From the NCBI GenBank assembly GCA_964199315.1, contig OZ116698.1:44330001-44394000 (forward strand): a stretch of DNA of 64,000 nt, read 5' to 3'. Source of the DNA: Orbicella franksi. Taxonomy: Eukaryota. This document shows, in pieces, positions 28,301-40,800 of this stretch. The translations under genes and the position numbers were made by a program. Numbering within the stretch: the stretch's first letter is position 1; the number at the start of each line of letters is the position of its first letter. The notes beneath the pieces were generated by a model. That model was not told the DNA's origin and searched no databases. It was given only the letters and a program-made list of their open reading frames with translations.

Positions 28301-31300
28301 GCACGTTATTGGAATTTCCACTTATTTTGGATTAGTGTAGCCAATTTTGGGGACAAATGTTTGTGTACTGAGCGCTAATTTGAAGGCGATGAGCACTTGT
28401 ATTACAGTTTACGTGAGTAAATACGCATTACGAGAAACAAAACAAAGTGCTAATTATCATAACGCAAAACGTGCTAAAACTTTTAAAAAATCATTACTAC
28501 ATATTTATGACTAGAATTCTGGATATTTCATTTCTATCAGTTTTCATTTCTTCCTTCCTGTGAAAAGCTACACGTATGCTACGACTTCCTCTCCACCAAA
28601 TTTTATCAAATGTTGAGTTTCAAGCGTACTTGCTTCAAATTGCATTCCACATTGACAAACTGCGTAATTGACTTGACACGTTTTCTGTCCATTAACCCCT
28701 GAACAAATAACCTAAAAGGTGTATTGACCTAGCTTCCATAAAGTATTAGTCTCTTGGAAACAAGTGGCACCTTGCAAGAATTAATGAAAAACAAAAGATT
28801 TCGTGCCTCTTTCTGGGCGAATATTCTTTTATGTTCATGAAACAGGATTTACCAATGACCATCTACATTTAAAACTAGAAGTACTAGGCAAAATTTTACC
28901 ATCGAAATTTCAAAGCGACATAAAACATTTTAAACCGATCATTGTATTTTTTTTTATAATTATTATAATCCATAATTAAATTTTGTAGTCTGTCCACATG
29001 TTAACTCCGACGCAAATCGTGCAAAGCAGAATGTGAGGCGAAGATTTGACTGTGACTAGCTTGTGGTGTAGGATAGGATGTGAACAAAACAATGTGCTTT
29101 GATTATCTCTCTTTGAGACGATGCAAATTAAAAGAGAATCCAGCAGATCCAACAATGTTAAATCTGTAGTCTGATTTTCTCAAATTCTGATGTTTTCTTA
29201 TTTAGAGTAATTAGACAGTGATACTGCAGTCGACTACATGTGTTTTCTTTTCTTTCTTTTGACTAGCCAGAAATGGAGTACAGTTAACAACAAAAATCCC
29301 AATATCACTAACAAAACTATCCCTTCCATTCAAGACGCACCGCCCAGTCTCAATTCCCTGTCAAACGAGTCTATCTAAGAGCATTCGTATCACCTTAGCA
29401 GTTTTATAGACCCAACTTACAAGGGAAGAAACAAATCCCTTTTCAGATGTCCTTCCCTGTGGAGACTTTATGGAATTTGCTTCATCAAGAGGAGTGTAGA
29501 GGGCTGAGGTATTCGTTGCCGGGTCGGATCGTGTGCAGTATTTTTGCTAGACTTAACAGCAACAGCATTGCTATTCCTTTAGGGAAAAATGCTGAATTTT
29601 TTTTTTAAGACACTGATATCTTATTTTTAGCGGATCAGGGCTAACAGCATGTGTTTCATTTGTTTTTAGTTTTACGTTCGTGTATATGTTTTAAGGATAG
29701 AACGTAATAACTACATAGTGAAAGGAGTGTGAATAGAGTGCAAAGTTTTGAAACTTGATCGAACAAATTAAACCATTTAATCGCGTAGTGTTTCTGACTA
29801 AACAGGACATGAAGCCAATACAATATTTACTAGTTTGGTTTTATCTGCAAAGTGCAACTCACAACATATTGTTATCACAAAGCGTTGTCACACCCAAGTT
29901 TAATATTTTGACCGGCCATAATAAGCTCTGGATTGCTAAACAAGTTCAGCAGGTTAATTTGACCAAAACCAAGAGACTTACGAAAACTTACGTAGGGTTG
30001 CAGTGTTCTTTTTAAGTAGAACTTTTTGGTCAACAAAAATCACACAGGAAGGCAGACTAACGAGGAAAGTGAGATATGACGTAAGTCCAGTACGAAATCG
30101 AAAGGGCTGTCTTCCTCTTAAATATGTAAAGGAAACTGACCCTTATTTTTTATATCGCCACATCATTGTCGTAATAAAAACCTACTGGCAAAAGATAATA
30201 GCAATTATCTAATCTGAGTATGCAACTGTCAAAAATATAAATATGGCAAAAACCATAAGCAAAAAGGGTTTGAGCGCGGCTGAGTTCGGACACGCGCAAG
30301 AGGAACTTAAGTCGGCGGGCGTGTATACAATATACTTCTTCATGAGTAGGAGGACAAATAGATGCCAAAATATAGGACTTGTCGGCGAGACAAACTGAAA
30401 TTGAAAAGTTAAAACTATACAAAAGAAATGTATCTTTTAATGGAGACAAGTCAACAACAGAAAAAATTAACAAGTATTTTAAACATTCCTGATGTCAAAA
30501 GGGTAACAGTCGTGGAACTAAGTGTTGTTTTCACGGCCGTTTTTTCGAAAACTACAAGCCCTCCCATTCATCATGTAAATTAGCCTATTAACCCTCCTAC
30601 AGCTCCTTTGTTGCTAATCTTATCACAAATATACTGGGTCTTTTCAGCAATATTGGTCTCCTAATTAGTGGTCAAAATAATCAATACGGACTTTTGCCTC
30701 GGGCAATAAATATTAGCTTGGCACGAACATCCAGGAGGTGTCGTTAATTTGAGTAACAATAAGTGAATTACAGCACTTTGCAGATCATTATTTTTAGAGA
30801 CCTTTGAAAGATGCGTGGGGCAAACAGGGGCATACATACCAAGGAAATACACATGCCTGATCGAAATACATGATCGTCTGTAATGTTTGTTTGCCAACTT
30901 GTTAAAAATATTCGGTACTTTAAACAAGCTACAAATCATTACAAACGGTACTGGTAGCGTAGCATTTCATTTTATTTAAATTTCATTCGGTCTTTTTCCT
31001 GGTTATAAACTTGTTCTTCAAGAGTAGCTGGCACTTAAATCGACATTAAACTATTGACGCATAAACGTATTAACATCATAGGTCGAAGCAAGCAGCACGC
31101 GAACATGATAAAATGGTTAAGTCCTTAGGAATCTTTTTAACAGTTGTAATTAAAAATTCCTCCGTTTTAATCGTGACGAGTGATATTCTGTTCACGACCG
31201 AGAGAGACCCAACTCATGATATTCCACCTCGTATGAGAACCACACACGCAATGCCATAACGTCATTGGCATAACTCGAATGCTATACTCGTCAAGAAACC

Positions 31301-32062
31301 TTCTATGCTACCACCGTGCACCCCAACGACTTGGCAACTGCATACCACAATTATTATCACTGTTAACCACAAGTCTGTAACGGGGTCAGAGTTCTGATTC
31401 AAAAAGTCGTGAGTCAGCAAGTTCGTTAGTCATGGCCCTGCATTGACGTGCAGCATCAAGTGCTTGTGGTATATTTTTGTCCCGCACTATATCATTGTTG
31501 ACTGCTGTATCATGATAATAAATATTCAATGATGATCACACGACACGCATGCCATCGCGTGCGAGCTTTAGTGTGAGATTTAAAAAGACTTCAATTCCCG
31601 GGGAGGGCGTTTCTTCCACTTATGAGCCAAAATGTCTCGCGTCAACCGTTTCTACCTAATTTGGTCAAAAAGTGAGAGGGATTTCAAAGCCCAAATTCAC
31701 AACAGAGAATAGCGATGCTCCATGAAACTAAGAAATGGCCGTATCAAATGGTGTAAGAGTAAAGAGTAAAGTCTTCACAGTCATTTTCGTTTCTCATGTT
31801 CAACCAAGCCTTTTTCCTTTTCTGCTGCCATCCTTAGTTAAAGATTTCGGCTGGTATATTGGCGCAAAACAATTAACTAAAACTGAGAGAGTGCAGCGCA
31901 TTAACGAGGAATTTAAGGCTAGGTAATACGGTTATATTGATAAAGAGCTATTCCTTAATACCTGATTCTTCAATGGTCATATTCAGGCCACATATGTCCA
32001 TTTTCTCAGAAGCAAAAGGAAAACATTTCATTTGTCCTTTTACTGTACAATAAAACTATCCA

Positions 32063-32415
32063 CAAGTAAATATATGAAAGATCATATATTTGTACTGCAG
32101 AGAAAGATATGAAGACATGATTGATCATCGCAGTTATGCACACAACTTAAGCAGTTGTCAAATTAAAGCCTGAAAAAAAATTCAGGCCTGAACGGGATTC
32201 GAACCCATGACCTCCACGACACCGGTGCAGTGCTCTACCAAATGAGCTATCAAGCCATCTGGGAGCTGGTCATTTTGTGAGTTCGTAACATACCCGTAGA
32301 TGGTGAAGAATACAAGTGAATATATGAAAGATCATAAATTTGAATTGCAACGAAATATGTGAAGACATGATTGATCATTGCAGTTATAGACACAGCTTCA
32401 GCAGCTGTGAAATTA
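32063..32415 (-). repeat. About 1.4 copies of a 250-bp tRNA-derived repeat unit; tRNA-like head at 32256-32184 on the minus strand
   Basis: caagt(a/g)aatatatgaaagatcata recurs at 32063 and 32313. The minus strand reads GGCTTGATAGCTCATTTGGTAGAGC...GGGTTCGAATCCCGTTCAGGCC with a 7-bp acceptor stem, A and B boxes. The anticodon arm is degenerate and lacks U33, so this is not a functional tRNA. Confidence 0.8.
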
Positions 32416-33577
32416 TAAACTAGTCACATTATAAGAAGAATTTTGCTGTACAATTAGGAAAATAGAACAAAAAACAAAAGAGAAGGCTATCACCAGAATA
32501 ATAATGTATGTATTTCCACAATTTTAGTTATAGTGGTTGGTTAGGCTTCCACCAAAAGAATACTGTTTTACAATCAATGCACAGCAATAACAACTGGCTG
32601 ATTGAAGTAACCATATGGGCAACAAAAAATAGTGTGGAATACACAACAATTGTTGTTTCAGCTTATCTCTGATGAAGTCTTAACTCATGACTTTTCAAAA
32701 AGTGAGAAGTAGTCACATGCAGGCTCTACCAGTAAACACTACAACAGAGACTACCCACACTCAGCCTCTGGCCTCTGCAGCCAAAACAAACACTCAACAT
32801 AGGACAACCAGTTATGCAAATCCACAGTCTTCCAAGACTAGCAGAAGCTTACTACTAGTAGTCAGAGCATATTATTTTAAGAACATAGAAAGAAAACATT
32901 CCTAAGTCAACCAAGCTTGCAGGTTACAAGAAAGATTACACTATGCAAAGGGTGGCACCTGGCCCTGAACTCAAATTTCTACCACTCCACCCTCCTCCAC
33001 TCAGTGTTTCTAACCAAACTAAGTAATTATTTTGTTTTGTATATGGTTAGTCAGTTATGTTATCCTTTCAGCATGAAACATAAAATTCTCTTATCTCAAC
33101 AAACTAAATGTTCTCACAAAATTAGCAAGACCTTAAAATGCAGAAAAATTAGTGGCTGTCTCAGCACTTACCTTTTTTTTTAGTTAAAAGGAGGTCATCT
33201 GAAAAATGCCCTTACAGCACCTTTAAAGAAGTAAACTGAATTAATTCATGAAGATACAACAAAAACACAACATATGATACTAATACCTTCAGCTTTTCAT
33301 AAATCACAGGAAAAATGCTACTTTAGTGAATTTTGAGAGAACATGCAGAACTAAATGACATATCACACATAACACAGTTTACATATCATGACATAGGGTC
33401 TCATTTATCCAACACCACAAAGGATGTCTGGTAATCAAGCAATGCACATAAAGCTTAATTTAGTGGTCTTAATTATATTCTGTTGACTAAAGTGTAAAGT
33501 CCATCCCAGCATTTGTTGGGACTCAGCAAAAGAGTCTGAACAATCTGAAAATTTGAATTTGTGTTTGCCATTGTATT

Positions 33578-33739
33578 CCCAAAACCTTGCCCCTATTTAA
33601 GACCAAAATCTGTGATTTTCCCTACTCTATTTATGACCAGACCAAAAATTTGATACCCTAAGACACCATACCCTTTGGAGCCACACATACCTATATAGCC
33701 CATATAAGGGAGCACCCCCCCCCCCCAACCCCCCGCCCT
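33578..33739 (-). mobile_element. Fragment of a non-autonomous DNA-transposon-like repeat with a G-rich (CCCGGGGG-type) terminus
   Basis: cataccctttggagccacacatacctatatagcccatataagggagcaccccc... resembles a recalled common coral interspersed repeat; ends in poly-C tracts. Superfamily not assignable. Confidence 0.4.
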
Positions 33740-35039
33740 GGAAGGCTAGTAAGAATTGCATTTGCAGGGTTGTGAAAAGCAGCCACCTGTCGGCAAGATT
33801 CATGATCTTGGCCAGCTACTCTGCTGGGCTATTCTTCTGAAGCAAAACCTTTGTGACAACCCGACTAGGTCACATGATAAACTATGCATGTACATGTATG
33901 CAAATAAAATAATCTTTGCAAATATACACTTAATTAAGGTTCTTTATTTACTCAGTGTTGTGGCCTGGTGGAGTAGCCTTATATTTGTTGCAATATACTT
34001 TCCTATATTTATGTCATAACTTTTATATATATTCTATTATTATGTAATCTATGTTAGGTAATAGCTTCAGGGCTCCTATTGATAGCAGAGATGCTTTGTA
34101 AGCACCCTGAAGGGACTACTCTGAAATTTATACCTTTTAATTTTTACTTTTAAATAAAGGTGTCCATCTGTCTATAATTTTCAGTATAACACAGTTTCAT
34201 GTTGTGGTCTTTGAAGAAAAATTATCTGGCTGATAGTAAAAGGAAAGAAAAACTGTAGATAATAAGACACCCCAGAGCCTTTATTTAGTATTCCTGGGAG
34301 AGCAACAGGCTTATTAACATTTTTGGCAGATAACTTAAAGGCTTTATGCACTGTTCAATTGTAACCCCAACCCCTAAGCCCCTGGGGAATAGAGGGGAAT
34401 TCACAAGAACATCTCTGTAATTTTATAAACTTCCCCCAGGCCCCAGGGACAGATTCAGATGGAAATTGCCCCTACCCCTAAACCCAGAAGTTTAGATTAT
34501 CAAACATTATTATACATTCACTTCTCTCTTTGCAGTTTTCCTGAAAGGAAATATGGGATCCAAATATTATATTAAACCATGCATTAGATTGACAGTTGTG
34601 CCGGTGATTAGCTAACAACGAAACTTAGGTAATGCTATAATAATACAGGTTAATAACTTATTGGAGAGCGACATTAACAGCGCTAACAGTCAGTACCATT
34701 TAACATCACAAATAATGACTCATTGTTGCATGTGTCTCATCAGTTTTTGGTTTTAGTGTACAATTAAACCCAGCTCTGTCTCACAGGGTGGTGGTTTACA
34801 TAGCCATCAAGGTAATTGTTTTAACCTTATTAGCAAGAACTGTTATCTTACGTACGCGCAATGAAGCTGTAAAGTTGGTTATAAGCTTAACCTCAAACCA
34901 GAGCATCATTGAAATATGAAATTCTAATCTGCTTCTGGTCCATAGTCATGTAATTTTCTCTCTTTTTTCCCAATAGCGTTTAAAGTTGTAGTTTAATCGT
35001 AATTTAACAATACCTTTCATCGTGTAGCGGAGAATATCC

Positions 35040-35330
35040 CCTTTACTTGGAAGTCGCCATCTTTACGCCTTAGTAACCGCGCACATCGTCAGTAACTCAC
35101 TGTAATTGGTCGAATACCATCACGTGGTGAGGAGCCCAGTTTGCGCGGGAATTTTTGGCTCTTTTTGCGCACAACGTTCAGTTAACTAAATAATTAACAT
35201 CAAAGCCAAGTGGTATCAAGAACAACAGCAAAGAACGAAAGACACAGACTAAAACACGAGAGAAACACAGAGCTAGCACGAGCTTTTGACGTAAAATACG
35301 TGTTACAGCTTAGACTTAGACGATTGAAAG
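35040..35330. promoter_or_regulatory. CpG-rich promoter-like island between Rx and Hbn
   Basis: YY1-type CGCCATCTT (35055-35063), ATTGG (35105-35109) and CACGTG (35121-35126). A minus-strand ATG at 35060 is followed by a GT donor at 35046, and there is a plus-strand donor AAG|GTCAGT at 35330/35331. Confidence 0.4.
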
Positions 35331-35708
35331 GTCAGTTGTTGTTTGTTTTTTTTTGGTTTTTTTTTTTTCTACTGGTTAATTGGTTTGTGTATTTTATGCA
35401 CTGTTTAACTGGTTTGAGTCCTATGAGAGGTTTTTTTTTAATGATAAAAACCAAAGGCCGCTGCAAACAGAATACATGGAATTTTTGAAGCCTCTTTTTG
35501 AGATATCGTTTGTTTTCTCTGTTTCACAGTTTCTGCTGTGGTGAGGTGTGCTTCTTCGATTGTCTCTTTTATTTGTTTTCTTGTTTCTTTGTTTCTATGT
35601 TCCTTTCTTTTTACCAGTTTTCCTCTGAGCGGGTGTGGTTGGCTGGAGACGACACATAACTTGGTGTCTACCTTTACCTTTACTACGTCATCTTATTCAT
35701 GAACTCAG

Positions 35709-36200
35709 AACAACAACAGCAACTTTATTCACTCGTACATTTACAGTTTTATAAAATATATGCAAATACAAGGACAGAAAAGAGAAGAGAAGGTTTTCTA
35801 GTCAGTCTCCGGTTATTGTAATGTTTCTATGGATATTTAACAGAATACAGAACTGTTAGTAGTAGAGATGAGTACATGGTATAATAGAATGAAGAAAATC
35901 GAAATAAGTTATCAGGAGGTTCTTCAGACAGTAAATAAAATTTCAGTTTTTTAGAAAAGCTGAATGTATTGAGATCTTTAAGATGAGTGGAGATATTGTC
36001 CCGGAGAATAGTCGCTGTGTAAGGTATTGTTTGTTTTCCAGAAATGAATTGGTACGCGCTTTTGATATGTTTAGCGGATTTTGTCTAGATGCATATCTGC
36101 TATTATAATATCTGTGTACTTTACTGGCGAATTGTAAGAAATCTTGATCCAAGCTTGGTAAAAGACCTTTAAGCCAAAGATGCGTGAAGTAAGACTTAAG
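35709..36200 (-). mobile_element. 5'-truncated, frameshifted LINE (L2/CR1-like) 3' end
   Basis: Minus-strand translation LWLKGLLPS..FASKVHRYYNSRYASRQNPLNISKARTN, then after a frameshift GKQTIPYTATILRDNISTHLKDLNTFSFSKKLKFYLL, matches the recalled L2/CR1 ORF2 C-terminus. It ends in AATAAA plus a (GTT)n-like tail at 35729-35710. Confidence 0.75.
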
Positions 36201-37853
36201 AAGTAAGACTTTTCTGTGTTTGACCAGTCCCGGCCTCCGCAGCTTATTCAAGGGTCCAGTATGTCAGCAGGCTCAACCTGGGGCGGGAGGTTGGGGAATT
36301 TTGAGTGATTTCAGCATGTGGTCTTTGTTCGGCAGATGCTTGCGTGTTAGGAGAGTTTGAATGTTGACATTTGGGTTAATATATAAATTAACAGGAACTA
36401 TGTTAAAAACAGACTTAAACGTGGACTCTTTTACCAAGTGCCGGAGTAAACCTCTTCAAAGCGAATAGTGGTCTTCTTTATACCTAGGCTTCCAACCGGT
36501 TCATCACCTCAACGTTTTGACGCCGGGTATTTTCTGTACACGTAAACAATCATCACCTGAGGCTGGCTAGTCCATGCCAGAGAGAAAATTCCAGAGAATT
36601 ACATTTGCTATGTTATGAGGAGACTATAAGTGACTTCTTATCTAACCCGTGTAAATCAGAACTGACTTTTTACAGGCAGAAAAAGAGAGCTTGGCTTTTT
36701 GGACAGACGCATTTTTGAAAGCAGCCAGTCAGGTATACGTCTAAACTATTCTATTCTTGGAAATAAATATAATCTAAAAGAAGCAACAACATTGAAAAAA
36801 AAAACGTTTATTTGCCGTTTTCTAATTAATTTATTATAAGTTACATGCTATTTAGCTCCTTTACAGTTCAACCATATACGACCAATTCAGTGCAACTGCA
36901 TCCTATTTAAAAGAACACAGACATGAAGCAATTTCGTTGCTTTAGAAACCCTTATTTATGGAACTGAATAGACCCACTTATAGCAATAGTATGAAAAGTA
37001 AATAAATGCACTAGATTTAAGCGAAACCTTGAAATAGAAAAACTACACTTTTGCATGTGCTTCAAATGTCTAAACGGCACCCAATCTGTCACTACCGAGG
37101 TTTTCCACTTGCTATTCATGGCAGTGGTTATAAATAAGAAATATTTTATTCTGTTAAATATATTTTCAATTCCTCGTTGATACAAAAAAGCACACAATTT
37201 AATAATAAATTACAGCAACCAGGGTCGCCTTGTCGAGTATAATACTATGTACAAACATTTTATGACAGTTGACTCGATTTTCGAGATGTAAATTAAAGTT
37301 CTTTACGAATGCTCAAAGTTATTGTGACCTTAGAGGCCAATAAGCTACATTATGTGTTGCTGTGCAAAAATAATTGATGTCATTAACCACTCTACCCCAA
37401 AAAGCAGCGTATGCATTTTCAAAGTCAGGTTTTGCTACACACCTAGAAAACTTTAAGGCGTCGGTTGATGAGGATTGCAAAACAAACCAGATTTGGTTTC
37501 GGTCAATTGCACACACCGCTGAGTTCAGCTAAACTTCTACGAAATGAAGCAAAACCAGCTGGGTTCTGAAATGCTCAGAGAATATCTTCTCGTACTTTTT
37601 ACCTAGTATTTGGAGCATTTTGCAATTGTAAATTGAGAAATTTTGAACGGTTTGCCCAAACCTTTAAACCTTATACATGTATGCATGCCCATAGAAAGAT
37701 GGCGTCTACCTTGCCATTAAATGTATGGAATTGCTAACTATAGTAAACAGAAACATTTTCTTGTCTTCAGTTTTGCTTATTTCGAATTTATAGAGTTCCA
37801 CATCATAATATGGCAAAAGTCTAAGTTATATTACATGAAAATCATGACATTAA

Positions 37854-40800
37854 CTAAACAGTCTTGCTACCCTCTGATAGGGACTGCGAGGAACTGTGTT
37901 GTTTAGCTTTGTATCTCAAATTCTCGATACTTGTTCTACGAAATTCCTGTGTTTCCACGTTGTTTAGGGGGCTCTTCAAAAATGGCGCCATTCCCGGCCT
38001 GGCGTACTGTCTGTATAGATGATGCGTGTACATTGCAGCTGGTGAAAGGCCCGCGACATTAAGATGGGGCCCAAGAGGACCATAGGGACTTGGTGCGGTT
38101 GCATAAGGAGACAAAAGACTTAGGGCTGGGACGTGTGGGTGCCATCTTTCTACTCCAGACGCAAATGGATGTGCCCCTGCGTGCACATGTGGAGGAACAT
38201 CTTGTAGAGCTCTGTAATCGTTTGATGGGCCATAAAGATATGTAGGGCTTTCGCGTCCCATGGACTTTTCTCGTTTCCTCCACTTCGCTCTTCTGTTTTG
38301 GAACCACACCTGAAATAGATTGCAGCAATTAGTCCAAATTCACAAGATATAAACAAACAAACGGTAACCATCTTCTTGTAGGTGATCTTGTTTAGCAAGA
38401 GATGTGATATAATCCCACAGAGTTGGGTTGCGAGTAAAAAGTAAAGAGAGAGGGAGAGAGAGAGGCAGCGACAAGGAAGGCAAAATGCGGGCTTTGCGAC
38501 CAATTAAACAACTAAGTTACTGATCAATATTCGTGTATTCATTACACCTTTTCTTTTAATATAAACAGCTCTTTGTTACCCTAAACGTTCATGAATAGCT
38601 CTACCTATTTACTATCTATGTTCGCTTTTGGTGGAAGCTAAAAATGGAAACTAACAAATGAATTCCCCAAAGATATGTCACAGGATGTTGGTTGGTACAT
38701 CGCGTGGCAAAATCCGTTGAATCACCAGTCACCACAGGCGTAAATTCCAAAGGTAATTAACAGCAATTATTCTTATCTGGCGCCCAAAACGCTATCCATA
38801 AACGCCGTTTATACCGCTTTTTATGACGACCTTATTTCTTGTCTTGCCTTACCAGCTTGCAGCTGTCGTAAACAATAACCGCCCTGCGTTTATTGTTCTA
38901 GCATTGTTCCAGAAACGCCATTTAACACTATAATGTGCTTTGTAGAACGAGCTCGATATTCAAACGTTTAAAACAATTAACCAACACAAACGGTTTTTGA
39001 AGGCCAAAAATGCTTGGTAAACTGTTTCCTTTGAGAATGAAATAATTAACATCAACACAGAATCAACCTGTCACACACCACAAGTTTCATTTTTTTTTTT
39101 TTCAAAAAAAAACCCTGTACTAAATTTTTTGTTTTTCCTCTGCAGTTAGTCAATCAACTGCATTCAAGAGTGCCTTTGTTTGTCTGTTTTTTGCATATCA
39201 TCTATTAAATGAATTAACCACGTCTTCTTCATTGTAGCAAAGTAGAGTTCGCGTACCTGTCGCATTTTTAAGATATATACATATCACTTAATGGACAAAA
39301 AACACCGCAAAATACCGCGTGCTTAGAACTGCCATGCTTTAGGCACGTGTCTTCAAGTTTGAAACCACATGTATGGAAACAACCGACATAAAACAACACT
39401 TACTGACAAGCAATTAACGAACAGGTTGAGAAAGCACGATGTTACAAAAGTCTTGAAAAGAAGGTCTGCGTTCTTACTAATTTGATGCAGATAACTGAAA
39501 AACCCCCTTACTAAGGGAAACACCTTAAAACGAATATTATTTCAGTCAGTAATCTCTGTACTTGAATCAGATGGGGAGCTTTTCTGTCAAACTCCAAATG
39601 ATACATATGTTTCAGTTTCAGATTACAATAAACATGCGCTGAAATACGAAACTGCTTCATCAATAGTTTTCTCAACTTCCCTTTATTTGCATTTGGGTCT
39701 CAGGTTAGAGAACATCCAAATGTAATAAATAAGATTGACAACTTTGCTATCAATTGACTCTGATAAAAGAGTGTGAGAAATGGCTTTCGGATGTATTAAA
39801 GGCTTAATAAAAGCCTTTAATTTGTTTAATATATTTATCATTACAGAAGCATTGTTTTAGTAAGAGAAATGATTGCGTGAAGCTGTCACATTTAAACTTC
39901 AATGATTGCAATGAGAACTACACCTAAAAGAGTAGGAAGATTGATTACAAAATACAGCTAAATACATTAAATTTATACACAGGAAAAAGAGCTATTTCAG
40001 GATCAATAAATTTTCTTTACTGTCTCTATCACGTTAATCTGGACCAAGATAAGATTTGAAACCTAGGTAGAAAGGCTTCCATTATGATTTACTGATTGTA
40101 ATCATTCCAGAGCAAATTTACAGTTTTGACAAACATTTCTACGCTGAAAATCGAAGTTTATGACCCGTTTCAGAAACATGCAGCGTCATGTAGCATTCGT
40201 TAATCAACCTTCAAAACTGACCTACATTTAGGCAAGAATGAATTTTCCTACAGGGAACATTTCAAAAAATCTACGGAGATTTTACGGCTGGAACACTCGT
40301 AAAAATAGTGATTAACAGACAGACCTAAATTACAGCTCGCCGAAAAAAATACGAAAGTCGGAGATTTCACTCGTTTCCGTACATTTCAGTTTTATCTCGG
40401 GACAGCAAAATCCCTAATTGAATTATTGAAATTATTTTTGGCAAGTTCGTTAATAAAACAATATTATCGTGTCTACGACATAATTCAAAGATATGTATAA
40501 TGTAAAGATGATATGAGGCAATAGGTGAAAAAGCTATTTCACCATAGATTTTTATCTCATAACTTATATCTTGCATCACTTTGAAATCTTTGTTACAAAT
40601 GGAATAAACGTTAGATATTTGTTGGAAAGACAGAGAGGAGAAATCGAATAAGTAAATTATCGAATGGACAGTGTTGTTTTCATTTACATTCGTGTGGGTT
40701 AGTTTTGAAGAACATAAAACAAGCGACGAATTGATTGCTAAATGAATTCACCAAAAATCTGATTTTGTGGCGATAAACTTTGTAATTAAAATTCTTTGAG

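Noticed and set aside
31386-31504. Minus-strand 39-codon open frame after an AG (AVNNDIVRDKNIPQALDAARQCRAMTNELADSRLFESEL)
   Set aside because: Length is within chance expectation, no recognisable homology, and no complete phase-consistent exon chain links it to the ATG at 35060.
32184-32256. tRNA gene (GGT anticodon)
   Set aside because: No U33, mismatched anticodon stem and embedded in a 250-bp repeat; treated as a tRNA-derived repeat.
32292-32301. ACCCGTAGAT, identical to the recalled 5' end of miR-100
   Set aside because: Only 10 nt, same sense rather than complementary, no precursor hairpin, and inside a repeat.
32669-32700. CTGATGA followed by a short stem, like a hammerhead ribozyme core
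   Set aside because: The stem is not followed by GAAA and stems I/III are missing.
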